Below, piece by piece: positions 15,371 through 30,356 of a DNA stretch of 64,000 nucleotides. A program made the translations under genes and the position numbers. How positions within the stretch are numbered: the first letter of the stretch is position 1; every line of letters starts with the position of its first letter. The DNA comes from Chrysomallon squamiferum (Eukaryota; Animalia; Mollusca). Under the pieces are notes generated by a model. The model was not told where the DNA came from. It saw only the letters and a program-made list of their open reading frames with translations, and did not search any database. The stretch covers positions 3,162,001 through 3,226,000 of the forward strand of contig CM022674.1 of the NCBI GenBank assembly GCA_012295275.1, written 5' to 3'.

Positions 15371-15436
15371 ATGTGTTCTAGCGCAGACGACAACATGGCG
15401 GAGTCCTCCAGAGATGAACGAAAATCCAGCAGACGA
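15371..15436 (+). CDS. Hes: HES-a (hairy/Enhancer-of-split bHLH-Orange repressor), coding exon 1: MCSSADDNMAESSRDERKSSRR
   Basis: In-frame ATGs at 15371 and 15395 (caacATGG context). Ends ...AGACGA|gttagt, a phase-0 donor that joins exon 2 to give [10 protein letters not shown], the typical HES basic-region junction. Which ATG is used is uncertain. Confidence 0.8.
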
Positions 15437-16454
15437 GTTAGTATTTTTTAATTTATTTATTTATTTTTTTATTTTTTATTATTTTTTTTTTTTTTTTTAA
15501 ATTGTTATTATTATTACTGGTTTGGAAATTTTTTGTTTATAATTTTTAAACTTTTTTTTTTTTTTTTATTTTTAGAAAATAAATAAACAAATACGTTTTT
15601 CAGATTAACTGCATATTTATGATGGCTGATCTTTTTTTTTTTTTTTTTTATTTATTATTTGCACTCTTTATTATTATTATTATTATTGTTGTTGTTGTTG
15701 TTGTTATCATTGTTGTTGTTATTGTTATTATCATTATTATTGTTGTTATTATTATTATTATTATTATTATTAATATTATTATTATTTTATTACTGTTCAT
15801 ATTGTTTTTATTTATTTATTTCTTATTACCCTTATATATATATATATATAATTTTTTTATTCTAAAATTATAGGATTTTCGATTTCCTGATTTTTTTTTT
15901 TAAATTATAAACATAGCCCGTTGTGCTTGTTATTATTAATTATTTTATAAATTATTTTTCTGTGTCAGAATCTTGACTGCAGCAAATAGAATACTCAAAC
16001 TACATACTCAGAATATATCCTCAAAAGTCACATAGTGCATTATATATATATATATATATATATATGCTTAGGATAGGTTTACTGTTGCATAAGACCTTTC
16101 AAATTAATCAGCCTAGCACTACAAAAGTCTAAACTCAGCTATAAATAAGAGCCACTTCAATAATTTATTAATTTATTTAAACCACGCCCATGAAAGACGC
16201 AATACGATACAATAATATGCATCTTGTATTATTATTAAGATTGTAATATTAATAGGAGATCTGATGCTAAGTATTATTGAAGCTTGAAAAAAATTCTTTT
16301 GACACAGTAGAAGAAGGAAAACAATTAACTTTACGATTAGATTCCGTTATGGTCTCTATACAGTTTGCGAAAGACACTCCTAAAACAAACCACTTTATTA
16401 ATTTATTTATTTATTTATTTATTTATTTGTTTATTTATTTACTTGTTTATTTAG

Positions 16455-16550
16455 AGTAACAAGCCATTGATGGAGAAACGACGACGGGCTAGAATTAACG
16501 AGTGTCTCACAGAACTGAAAGGTCTCGTACTTCAAGCTATGAAGAAAGAC
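16455..16550 (+). CDS. Hes: HES-a coding exon 2 (basic region + helix 1): [32 protein letters not shown]
   Basis: tttag| acceptor and |gtaagt donor. 96 nt, the HES1-type exon length. Contains [13 protein letters not shown] with the HES-diagnostic proline in the basic region. Confidence 0.97.
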
Positions 16551-17031
16551 GTAAGTCTTAACTCTGTCCATTCTTCCGTACATCTAGAAATTGCATTCAT
16601 TATTTTGTATCTGGAACAAGTCGATATGAAAATGTTTGTGTATAGTGATACCTGTGTAATTACTCTGTAGACTGGATGGTAGGCTGGCTTTTTTTCTGTT
16701 TTTAGTTACATTTTTATTGTTAGTTAGTTTGGTTTTGTTTTTTTGTTCATTCGTTTCGTGTCATTTTTCCCTATTTTAATTTTTTTATTTTATTTTTATT
16801 TAAATTTTATTTCCTTTTATTTTGCTATTATATACACATTTAATTTGCATTCATTATAATTCAGTCTACACAAGATATATTATTTTTGTTTTCATTGTGT
16901 TTTTTTTATTCGTTTTAGTTATTTTCGCGGATATTTTAGTATTGTATGTTTGAACAGAACTATCTAACGACTGACAGACCGAAATACGACCAAAGACATA
17001 TTTATTTGTAAAGACAGACAGACAGACAGAC

Positions 17032-17128
<97 letters not shown>

Positions 17129-17726
17129 CACTCTGATATAACCAGACATGCGAATAAAAAGAAACAGATATAACACCAAAAAAAAAAAAAAAAAAAAAAA
17201 AAGAAACACAAACGGACAGTCAGACAGGCGCATTTTTTTAATAATCTCTTATACCTCTCTCTTAAAATACATCTTCTGACGTACAGTAATTGAACACTGC
17301 AAATCCGCTGTTGAGAACATTTCGAAAAATTAATACACTTACACTCTACTCCGCCCATGGCGTTTTTCGTTCTGTGACCAGAGTTTAGAAAAAAAGAAAA
17401 AAAAAAAAAAAAAAAAAAAAAAGCCTACAATTAAACTTTATGAGTCAGAGTTTTAGCAAGAGGCAGTGGACAATACAGATATTTATATAACGCTCTGTGA
17501 TTCGTGTACTTTGCGTTGTTCCGTATAATAAATAGTCAGTAGCGCGTCCAAAAGTTTTGAGATGTTTTGATGTTTATGTGTGTTGAGTGTAGACACTCGT
17601 GAATCATGTGTAGCTATCAGCGTTCCCACGATCCTGCATTGAAAGTTCAGCCGAATGCTTCAATGAGTTTCATACAATGTATGTAAAAATATCAATATGA
17701 CGTGACCGTGTTTTCGGGTTGGTGAG

Positions 17727-18315
<589 letters not shown>

Positions 18316-18783
18316 TAACTCAATATATCATTATTTTCTTATAACGTTCACATCATTTGCTTACTGCTACAACAGATCTGTCGCATTATAAGGTGGACTA
18401 ACTCGCCAGCTTGAGCTCGTTGTGTTGACCACGTAAACTGCAAACTGTCTCTGTAATTACTCGACTAGGGTCAGTCTGTGCCGATGGTCGTCGTACTTGT
18501 TTATTCTCTCGTACTTTCCCACGCTTTAGGATTCAGACTTTGTTGATAAGCTACGTTTGCCGTCACGCGACTCCGCAATCCCACAATTCTAAGCAAATAA
18601 ATTACGGCAACATGTAAACTGGAAGGTTTATTTTTCCCCAAAACTGATGACCCTTCTGTCAATGTTGCCTTCGAGGAATGCATGAGAACGAAAAAATGTC
18701 GCCACACTGTGAAATATTTCTATGCAGAGTGAATGTTTCGTAGTTTAGCATCGACCTTAACAAACTTCTCCATATTATTGTTG

Positions 18784-18828
<45 letters not shown>

Positions 18829-19230
18829 AAAGAAAAAAAATGAAAATGTAGTAGAAAGAAAACAGCACGAAATGAGAGAAATGGAGAGAGAAAGAAAGTA
18901 AAAAGAAAGAAATGAATTGGAGATCGTTTATAAAATTTTCAAAAGCTAAACTAAATATTATGAAATATTAGATTTTCAAAAGAAATTCTTTAAGTGTAAG
19001 ATTATATCAAATATACGTATAAGACTGAGGTTTTTTTAATATTTTTTTAAATTTTTTTTTTATTATTATTATTTTAGTATTCTGTTATATCCCAAATCAT
19101 GAGTTCCAGTTGATTTCTAACCTAATTTAATTAATTAATTAACATAAGAAACAGCTTTAGAAATGCATTACAGAGCTAACATTCAGTCAGGTATTAACGT
19201 TTGTTTGTTTTTTTTTTTTCTCTCTCACAG

Positions 19231-19318
19231 AGCACTCAGTACTCGAAGCTGGAGAAGGCAGACATACTGGAAATGACAGTGAAACATCTTAAACTGCTTC
19301 AAAGACAACACGTCGCTG
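19231..19318 (+). CDS. Hes: HES-a coding exon 3 (loop + helix 2): STQYSKLEKADILEMTVKHLKLLQRQHVA
   Basis: Polypyrimidine tract + cacag| acceptor, G|gtaagt phase-1 donor. 88 nt. Contains the SKLEKADILEMTV signature. Missing from the ORF track and read manually. Confidence 0.97.
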
Positions 19319-19413
19319 GTAAGTAGCTTCCAAACAGCGCAAAAGTTGGACAGACAGAGAGACAGACAGACACTGTTCTTTTCATTCATTAGTTGTGTTT
19401 ATATTTTGCTGGC

Positions 19414-19469
<56 letters not shown>

Positions 19470-19494
19470 GTATGTGTGTGTGTGTGTGTGTGAG

Positions 19495-19557
<63 letters not shown>

Positions 19558-19697
19558 AGGCAGGCAGGTAGACACATAGATTTACATAATTTTCATGTCG
19601 TCATTAGTTTAAATACAAACACGTACTGTTGTACATACTTAAGTAACATAAGTATATACTTACACTCTCACATACGCACTTACACCAAACATACACT

Positions 19698-19729
<32 letters not shown>

Positions 19730-19925
19730 TTACACCAAACATACACTAGACACATAAACACACACACACACACACAGACATAAACACATACATCACATAC
19801 ATATATATATATATATATGCACATACACGCTCAAAAATGCATACACTAATAATAAGCATAGCTATATTACTGATCTATTCCAGACATTATTTTATTATAT
19901 TTTATTTATTTTCTCGTTTTATCAG

Positions 19926-20648
19926 CCACCCTTTCCACGGACCCTTTCATCATGAACAAGTACCGAGCGGGTTTCAACGAATGCGCGGGAGAAGTCGCGC
20001 GCTACATGGAATCAATCGCTGGGGTCGACCGCGCCATCAAGAACCGAGTCCTCAACCACCTCGCCAACTGCGTCAGTCACGTGGTCACCCCGATCAGCCA
20101 GTCGTCGTCGCACGTCGTCCATCCGGCGCTCGTGCAGCCCCTGCACGTGCAGATGCCTCCAGCCAATCAGCTGGGCGTGTCGGCGTTCTCCATCACGTGC
20201 ACCCCGACCTGGAACGTCATTGGTTCCAGCAACGTTCCCGTGTCTGTGAACGGCGTGCAGCAAATAGCTCCTCCTGCTGCTCCTGCTCCTTCCTGCTCCT
20301 TCAGCTCCTTCAGCGTATTCGTCCAAAATGGAATACACGTCAGCGAACCGGGTATCGAGTCTCGAGCCCAGGCCGCCGAAATTACAGTGCATTGTGTCGC
20401 CAATGGATACAAGTCGTGACGTCAAAAGAGATTCTTCACTCGGTGATGACGTGGACAATTGCTGCAGCCTTGACCTTTCGGTTAAGGGTCACTGTGATAA
20501 CGAAAGAGCGACGCGCACGCCGGACCCCGCCGACGTTGTTGTAGCTGTTAAACAAGAAGAGAAAGCTCCGTGTGTTGCAGAGCCTGAACCACACCAACCA
20601 CGACAACAGCCTGCGCCTTCTAACGACGCCATGTGGAGGCCGTGGTAG
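19926..20648 (+). CDS. Hes: HES-a last coding exon (Orange domain, Pro/Ala/Ser-rich region, WRPW), with an apparent frameshift near 20281-20300
   Basis: atcag| acceptor in phase 1 gives ATLSTDPFIMNKYRAGFNECAGEVARYMESIAGVDRAIKNRVLNHLANC (Orange domain). That frame stops at 20419. The terminal ...SNDAMWRPW* ends at 20648 in the +1 frame (ORF 20328..20648). Confidence 0.9.
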
Positions 20649-21590
20649 CTGAGTTTACAACAAAATTATTTTAATGTTAAAATTTTACAACGAAAGGAAT
20701 TTTTAAAAGTTTAAGTTCATGTTAAAATGGAGTTGACGTTGAAGAACGTTGACATGGTCTACGACATCCTTAATGGTTTCTTCTTCACTTGTTTTTTTTT
20801 TTCTTTTTTTAAAATTTTATTTAACATTGTTCTGAATTTGGAATACTCTCCTGTTCTGAGATTTGAACTTAGTACCTCGTGCCTTAAACTCATTCATACT
20901 ACCATTTACTGAACAAAAACATCATGATAGTCGCTGAAGAGAAACAAATACTGTTTTTAATTTTTCTTCTTCTTCAATTTTTATTCATCATTCTGAATTA
21001 CATGATCTAAAGACGAAAAATTGATATTCTTCCTTTTTCTTCTTAGTTTTTCTCTTTTTATATTTTATTTATTTATTTATGATTTTTTTTGAAATGTTTC
21101 TCATTTCCATCTTCATCATTATTCTTTTCTTCTTCTTTCAAAAAATCATAAAACTAGTCGCAAGTTACTAAGCTATATATATATATATATATATATATTA
21201 AGCAACAGAAAACCTTCAACGTGTGGACTATTTTAACATATTTCTGTGCATTTCAAACCCTGAAGCATTCCATCCATCATACACGAACAACTTCAGCAAT
21301 GCGCAAAAACACACAATGATATTAAAAAAGATATAGAAATATCTGTCTGGGATATCACTGACATGTTGTTAACGTTTAAATACGATATTTCAACATCCTT
21401 CCATTAACTTGTGATAAAACAAAAATATATATATAAAAGTATTATTGTTTCACGAAGCACATACAGTATGTTATGTCTTAGAGATAAACATTTATCAACT
21501 GTTATCGAATGATGAATTATTTTGACGATTGTTATTTGTGATGTATTTCAGTTGTTGACAAGAAATAAAGTCGTTACAAATAAATTATTG
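20649..21590 (+). other. Putative AU-rich 3' UTR of HES-a with candidate poly(A) signal
   Basis: U/A-rich sequence after the WRPW stop. AATAAA at 21564-21569 (a second near 21579), just before a (TC)n block. K-box-like TGTGAT at 21410 and 21537. Confidence 0.5.
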
Positions 21591-21606
21591 TTTTTGTTTT
21601 CTTCTT

Positions 21607-21704
<98 letters not shown>

Positions 21705-22433
21705 CATGCATAAAGGCACACACACACACACAACACACACACAGACACACACACAGACACACACACACACAAACAGACACACACACACAGTTACACACAC
21801 ATACGCACACACACACACAGACGCACAAGCACACTTCAGTTTCTCCCTTTCTCAATAATGAATGCATTTTACTAGTTAGTTTTAGTTTAGTTTCGTTTAT
21901 TGAATACTTTTCGTACAAAGGAACGCAAGCACACACAGTGAGTATATACATTCTATTACACCAGGGACATCTACATATCACAAATAACGACAAACTAGCG
22001 AGAGAAGTCGACGTCTCTTCCTACTTCACTTGTAACGTTACCCCGTTAAAAGGAAATGGAGATTTTTCAAGCGTTAGAAAAAGTCCAGACAGACTGATTT
22101 CTATCAGTTTATCTACGAGATGGTATCAAATTCTGGCGAGGAAGCGTGTCTTGTGTAACATGGCTAAAAATAACTCGTATATGCAAAACACTTGTCTGTG
22201 TGTACGTACGTGCGTGTGTACTCAGTGTGTGTACGTACGTGCGTATTTATGTTTGTCTGTATGTCTCTATGTATGTCTGTATGTATGTATGCATATGTGT
22301 GTGTGAACAGACGTATGAATGTGTGTTAGCATACAGTGTTTTATGTATGTATGTTCGCGTTTTTAATATATATAGATGTATTTTGTACGTATCATCGCAT
22401 GGTACTGAATATAACGACATATTTCCAATAAAA

Positions 22434-22464
<31 letters not shown>

Positions 22465-25400
22465 ATATAATAATAATAATAATAACAACAACAACAACAA
22501 CAAATAAATAAATAAATAAATAAATAACTGAATGACTTAGATTTTCAAAATCACGCTGTTCAACAGGTCTGTCCAGTTTACAACGTACAAAACGAAGTCT
22601 TCATTCACGTCTCTCTCTCTCTCTTCTTTCTACGACGGACGAAACACTTCGGACAAACTTATCTCGCGTTCGTTTCTATCTCCATATCCCCTGGCATAGT
22701 TTCTTTTTGATCTCTTCGAGATTTCCGCTACAGGACACACCAAGAAGGAAACGCGGCCACTCCGTTATGGTCTGTTATGGCCATAACCTCGAAATGCATA
22801 AAGATTAACGACCTCTAGCGGCGTTGTAGACGAGGCTCAATCCTCCCCCGTCCCCCCGGTAGCCGTAACCATGGCGACGTCATGACATCTTGTCCCGGTC
22901 TGTTATCACGCTCCACCTTTTTTCGGGACGTTCGTTCGTCAATAAACTGGCGAGTCGAGCGAGATTTACGTTTTTTTGTTTTTACCGCGTTAAACCTGGT
23001 CGTAAACGACTGAAGATTCACAGCTCACGAGCAATAAAAAGAAGCGCTTTTAATGTGTGCAGACGTTGTCGTTGTTGTAAGAAGATTATCGTCGCCGTCG
23101 TGGACATACATACTCGTGAATAGCGGCGGCATTGTTTTATTGAACTGCTGGAAGTTTTTGAGCGCTAAACAGCACGAGACATTTTTTTTTTTTTTTTTTG
23201 ATTTTTAACTGGAATTGATCGCGGTCCCAGCCCTCGAGGTGTTGATGTCCCCCCACGGGCCACACCCACGGTCAATTAAATCGTAGATTTCGTGGGAAAC
23301 GTACACGAAGGAAACATGAGACCATTGAAGTGAATAATAAAATATAATTAACATGCACTGTTAGTCCCAAACAGAAAGTGAGATAAAGCCTAAACCATGA
23401 CAGAGTGTGAGTGCGTGTGTGTGTGTGTGAGTGTGCGTGTGTGCGAAATGTCTGTGTCTGTCAGTACCAGCGTTTGTACCAGGGAATGGATGGATACAAG
23501 ATTGATTCTGAGAGTGTGAATGTTTGCATTTGTTAAAACTATATAATTAAATAACAAAATAAAATAAAATAAAATAAAATAAAATAAATAAATAAATTAA
23601 AAAAAAATTAAAATAAAACAAAATAAAACAAAAAAACAAAACAAAACAAAATAAAACAAAGCAAAGCAAAACAAAACTAAAACAAAATAAAACAAAACAA
23701 AACAAAACAAAACAAAACAAAACAAAAACAAAACAACAATAAATCAAAACAACAATAAGAACAAATAAAACGAAAGTATTAGATGACGCTCAGACACAAT
23801 TATTTAACGTACAGTCAGTCATCTAAGGGGTACATCGTGTTTATTTCACACATAGATAATACGAAATTGACATACCATTACGCAATCACTGCAATAAAGA
23901 ACTGAATGCAGACGTGTATGGGAATTAATCAAGTAGACTGATACTCGCCAAAGCGGCGTAACAAAAGAACGTCTACAGTTTGGTAATATATTATCATAAA
24001 ATATTGGATTTAACCGAAAGGTATGACAATGTGAAGGAAGTTTTTTACCTTCCTTCTGCTGTTTTGTTTGTTGGGTTCATTTGTTAGGTGTTGTTGTTGT
24101 TGTTTGTTTGTTGTAGTTGTTGTTAAGCCTGGATTGATCTCTAATCTGTTTTCGCATCCTCTATTACACTATCTCTATCTCTGTCTATGTATGTCTCTGT
24201 CGCTCTTTCTTCCTCTCTCTCTCTCTCTTTCTCTCTCTGAATCTGTATGTTTCTATCTATATAATCTATCTATCTATCTATCTATCTATCCATCCATCCA
24301 TCCATCCATCCATCCATCCATCCATCCATCCATCCATCCATCCATCCATCCATCCATCTAAACTTTAAAATATCTTATGACTTACCATTTTCAATTTGTT
24401 ATAAACTTTGTATATATATTTTTTTCTTTTTCTTTTATTATTATTTTTTAATTTTTTAAAGTTTTTTCCTAATTCTAAAATTCTATAAAGAATCTCTTGC
24501 GGGAAGGGGACCTACTGACATCGCTACACTTCAGTCAGATTAACTGGAAAGTGCAGCACGATTATTGTGCAAAACATGCAAACTGGTCTTGTTTTTCTTG
24601 TTCAGGATTTATCTAATGTTTTGACTACATGCTTTACAGAAAACTAAGATACTTCAAGATATCTAGACAAAAACGGCTACGATGTAGGCATTTATTGCGT
24701 TATGACTTAAGACATCGTCGATGTTGATGATGATGATGTAATGATGATGGTGTTAAAGATGATGTGATGATGAAGGAGCTGACAACGTAGTGATGATGCT
24801 GATAAGGATGATGTGATGATGATGATGACGACATAACGATGATGATATAATGATGATGACGTAATAATAACGACATCGATGATGATGATGATGATAATGA
24901 CGAAATATTATTCTGACATCGGTGATGACATAGACGACCATAATGATTATCGAGACAATATAAATATTTACATATAAATCCAAAAAAAAATAAATAAATA
25001 AATAAACAAACAATAAATCTGCACACAAACCGATATAAAAAAAAAAATAAAAAAAAAAATAAGTATCGATTTCGCACACTCATTAATCACTTACATAGGT
25101 AAATAAACAAAACATCGTCGACCCGTTCAACCGTACCTCTTCTGTTACCACCTACCCTCTATCCCCTCCACCTCCACCCCTCTTTACCCTGAATAGATTG
25201 GGCGTTGTCGTCTGTGGGGGCTGTTATTTTCGCATTCAACAACAAACAGCCGAGTATCAAAACGCAACGGTTTTAATATCCAGCTTACCTCATTACAATC
25301 AATCTCAATCTGACACAGAGAAACCTACGCCTATGTATATAATCATGACCCTATTGTCTTTGCACAATAAAAATTTGATTAATTTATGGTACGTGTCGAC

Positions 25401-25520
25401 GTGTCAGATACGTCACTGTCACAGGCGACAATGCAAAGTGTCGACACCCTGCTTGCGTTAAGTATGCGATACTTCGGTGTATGTGTCTTAACGAGTTTTA
25501 TGTGTGTGACTGTGTGTGTG

Positions 25521-25559
<39 letters not shown>

Positions 25560-25839
25560 GGTTTTGTTTGTGTGTGTTGATTGGTGTGTATTGTGTTTTG
25601 TAATGCTAGAGCTCTGGCGCTTGTCTGTGCTTCTTCTGCAAAACAAACCCACATGAAGATCAGAGTTATATATATGTATCTTATCTTGTTCCAGTCAGTA
25701 TAATAATACAATTTAGATACATTATTCAAATGAATAAAATTATATAGTAAATATATATCTACCTTCCTACCTATTCGTCCATCTTTTCATTCATTCATTC
25801 ATTCATTCATCTCTTTCCCTCTTTCTCTCTCTCTTTCTG

Positions 25840-25986
<147 letters not shown>

Positions 25987-26059
25987 GTCTCTGTCTATCT
26001 TTCTATCGATCTATATTTTCTCTTACTCATTCATTCATTCCTTTATTTGTTTCCTTTGT

Positions 26060-26098
<39 letters not shown>

Positions 26099-26743
26099 TA
26101 TTTTGGGCTATCCATTAACAAGGCCAGTTAATCGCGATTGTCAACCTCAATAAAAATATCAGAAGTCAAAAAAAAAAAAAAAAAAAAAAAAAAACAAAAA
26201 AAATTCTTGCCGGCAATCATGACCAAAATTAAAGCAATTTACTTCAATTGAAATGACCACCAACTGGACATTAGAGAGCGCGAGCTTGGCACGTGACGAG
26301 CCGTCCCTTCCGCCCGAGCGCCTCAATGTTCTTAACTGTTTGGTCACTCGTGGGTTTTCGTCCCCGGACAAAGCTGAAGGTCACCACTGACCATCACTGA
26401 TGGCTTCTAGTGGACCTTTCCCATTTAAAAAACAAATTGGAATCGAGGCACTAATGTGCAGTTAATCACATGGATGTTTCGACCACGGTGCTAACAGAGC
26501 GATGTCGAATCGGTTTATTGGGACTGGGGGTTGTTCAAGAAACGTGAGAAAAACGAAATAAAAAAGAAAAAAAAGAAAAGAAACGATGTTAGTAAATGGA
26601 AAATAACGTTAGCTATTGGCCGTTATCATTGATTTCGTTCTCTTTCTCTCTCTCTCTCTTTCTCTTCTCTCTCTCTTTAGTTCTCTCTTGTTTACTCTCT
26701 CTCTCTCTCTCTCTCTTCTATCTTCTCTATTTCTCTCTCTCTC

Positions 26744-26781
<38 letters not shown>

Positions 26782-27845
26782 GATAGATAGATAGATAGAT
26801 AGACGGATATTTGTGTGTGTCTTTCTCTTTGCGTCTCATTTTATTTATTTGTTTAATCTCTCCATTATCTATCTATTTGTCACTGTCTAAGCTGATTGTC
26901 TCATTCTCTCTAACTTATTATTATCATTATTACTATTATTATTATTATTATCATTATTATCATCATCATCATGTCTAATACTATTAAAACAAATAATTAT
27001 TATAGAGATAGGGATAATTAATACTGGGCACCAAAATTACTGAACAGAAAACAAAAATCATTACTTTTAGACACAAATCCTTCGTAAATATATTTTTTTA
27101 AAGTTTTTTTGGTTTTAATTATAAATAAAAGCGTCCTCGATGCTTCATACAGACCCTTAACTTGAGGTATGACTCATCTTGGGATTATCCTTGCCAAGTA
27201 TTCTTCTGAATCATTTCGCATTTATTCCAGTGTCTGTCGACTGCTTTTTTCCAAAATTCCTAGTATACATTACACTTCTTGTAAAAAGATTCCTCGCTGC
27301 TTATGAAAACAAAAAAACAAAAAAAACAATCCTTTGCATGACAGTCGGATTCTTCTTTTATTACTTGACTATCATTAATCATATATATCATGCAGTATAA
27401 GGGATTATTAAAACAAATTTTGCTGAGTGGTTGAAAAATAAAATCGGTTCCAAGGTACACTGAATAAATAATGTTAATGAGACGAAGGTTGCCTGTAATT
27501 CTACCCAGGTACACCTGTGAATCTTCATCAAAACGCTTTGTATAAGGGGATTTGCAGGATTATCTGTTGGCTAACACACCTGAGTGGGTTTTTTTTTTTT
27601 TTTTTTTTAGGTAAGTCACTGTGCTATCACGTCACAGGAAGATGTATAATGTTTCATGTGCCTGATGAACGAGCAAAACAGGAAGAATTTAAACCCGTGC
27701 AGCACGCAAAGGTCTCGCTGGTAAGTCGGTTCAGATGGACAAAGTTAAATTCGAAAAACCGAGGTTATTATTTAATCGTATATTTTATTGACTGATTGAC
27801 TGACTGATCGTTTTATTGATTTGTTTGGTTGTTTGCTTGTAATAT

Positions 27846-27924
<79 letters not shown>

Positions 27925-27929
27925 TATTA

Positions 27930-27981
<52 letters not shown>

Positions 27982-28313
27982 CACAATATTTGTAACACAA
28001 TGAATATTTGTATGAAATTTATTAATTTAAGTATGTGTATGTATGTGTGTCTGTATATATATAATCATCATATGTACGCAAAGATAAGAAGACAAATAAA
28101 AAAAAAAACTGATGGCAGTGAAATAGTTATTTGTTTATTTAGTGTTCGGTTTTGCAAAGAAAGAAAAGAAAAGAAAAAGAAAGAAAAACAGACAGACAGA
28201 AAGACAAGCAGAATGACAGACCAAGAGATAGATAAAATATAATAAATGTTTAACAATGTTTAGACTGGCTGATGAATTAATAAACAAACAAACAAACAAA
28301 AATAATGAATATA

Positions 28314-28348
<35 letters not shown>

Positions 28349-29576
28349 ACTAATTAAACAAACAAACAAACAAACAAATAAATAAACTAAAACTGATAAA
28401 TAAATAAATCACAAAATAGGACTGGAACAGACATCCTGTAACAGAAATACACGAGCAAAACAAACAAGGTTGTAATTATTACGCTCAGAACAACCCAAGT
28501 ACTTTAAACAAACAAAACCAAAAAAAAATGCTGAATCAGCGGATCTCGAGAACATTAATTACAGGTTAATTTCGCCATTAACCCCGAAAAATGGACAGAC
28601 AATGACTTATCCGAGTGAGCAAACACGTGACGGTGCGGGAAGAAATCTACATGACAAGAAAAAGAGGACGGTGTCGATTTCGCATAATCAGTCGTCGGGT
28701 ATAAAAACGTCGATTTCAAAAGGAAACTGACCACGAAATGACTACGTATTTTTTTTCTTTACTTTTCTTCTTTTTTTTTTCTTTTTTTTTAAAAGCGAAT
28801 CGTTTGCAGATAGCAAGTGTGTCTCCATGGAGAACAAAGCGAAAGTAGTCATTTCGTTTGACCTCGGGTCAACCTTCCCGCCGTTATTATTGGCGGAGAA
28901 AAGACAGAAGTAACAATAACGTTCAAAGACTTTCGACGGTTAATGGTGGTTTATTGCAGGAATTAAAAAAAGAGGGAAAACGAGTTTAAAGCGTTGTGTC
29001 TGTTTTAAAGACCCCACAAGTGGGTTGGGTTATGCTTTCGTCGTTCTCTTTAGTAGCAACTAGTAACAATTTTGTGAAGTAAAGGTAATAATAGTTTGTT
29101 GGTTTTTTTTTTTTTTTTTTTTTTTTTTTCTTCTAAAAAATGGCACCACATAAAGAAAGGAAAAACAGACGAAATATATATATATATATATATATATAGA
29201 TATATATGTGTGTATGTCACATGGCTTTGTAATAGAAAAAGAAAAACGTACTTTAGATAACGTATTAAATTCTACAACAGCTGCAAGCAATTGACAAGAA
29301 AGAATCACTGGAATTGTTTGTTGTTGTTTTTTTGTTGCTTTTTTGTTGTTTTTTGGGGGGTTTTGTGGGGTTTTACTAGTAGAAGTAATCATTATTTTAC
29401 GAGTGAGGTTTGTTTTGTAAGTGCCTATGTATAATATTATACTGCAGGATCTAACCTCCATGGTATGCATTAAACTATTTCAGATGTTTCGAGTAGTTTA
29501 TAATGAGCCTAGTTCGCTAAATGGTTAAATCTAGAATTTCAAAAAATAAAAAATATATATATGTATGTATATATAT

Positions 29577-29624
<48 letters not shown>

Positions 29625-29629
29625 GTAGG

Positions 29630-29700
<71 letters not shown>

Positions 29701-29979
29701 GATAGATAGATAGATAGATACAGGTATTATCTTCAAGAATCAGTCAGAAATTTGGACTTTCGGAGTAAGATAAACACTATCAAAAGTGCTTCTGCAATTT
29801 ACATCTCTTCCCTTTTAACAGAGGTTTCATTCAGCATTTTGTTATGATTATTTTGTATTTTACTGTTATGAAAAAAGTTCGCTTTAATAATGTGTAAACT
29901 GAATTTCCTTGTCAAACTGGACAAATCAACTAATTGTTCCTTCTTGTTAACGATGACACCAAAATACCAATGCGTTTCC

Positions 29980-30183
29980 GATAACCGGTGTATATTTATA
30001 AAAGTTCCTTCTAGTCGAAGCAGTATTAATACTTACTGTAAGCGACCAAATATTAATTCTCTTCTCAAAGAATATACTACAGATAACCGGTGTATATTTA
30101 TAAAAGTTCCTTTTAATCGAAACAATACTAACACTTACAGTAAGCGACCAAATATTAATTTTCTTCTCAAAGAATATAATACA
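29980..30183. repeat. Two-copy tandem duplication, 102-bp unit
   Basis: gataaccggtgtatatttataaaagttcct...taagcgaccaaatattaat...cttctcaaagaatata starts at 29980 and again at 30082. Confidence 0.9.
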
Positions 30184-30303
30184 TCCCTCCCTATAGGATT
30201 TCAAACCACAAGTAAAAATATTATATTGTTGTTATTGGTGTCGTTGTGTGTTCTTGTTTTATGGGGGGATTGGGTTGTATTATTATTATTAGTGGTAGTA
30301 GTA

Positions 30304-30356
<53 letters not shown>

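Noticed and set aside
16467-16670. ORF-track 67-aa protein as a standalone gene
   Set aside because: Only 16455-16550 is exonic. The rest is read-through past the gtaagt donor.
20072-20313. Cryptic intron (GTCAGT donor at 20072 to CAG acceptors at 20304 or 20313) as the explanation of the frameshift
   Set aside because: The donor is phase 0 and both acceptors lead into the third frame, not the WRPW frame. I saw no good phase-compatible donor.
19837-20544. 235-aa ORF in the third frame, and the minus-strand ORFs 20012-20458 and 20167-20412 overlapping HES-a exon 4
   Set aside because: Shadow ORFs of a GC-rich exon. The 235-aa ORF starts in intronic sequence, has no recognisable motif and does not reach WRPW.
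29890-30309. 139-aa ORF with a 34-aa internal repeat
   Set aside because: It reflects the 102-bp DNA tandem duplication. It is AT-rich, has no recognisable domain and ends in a microsatellite.
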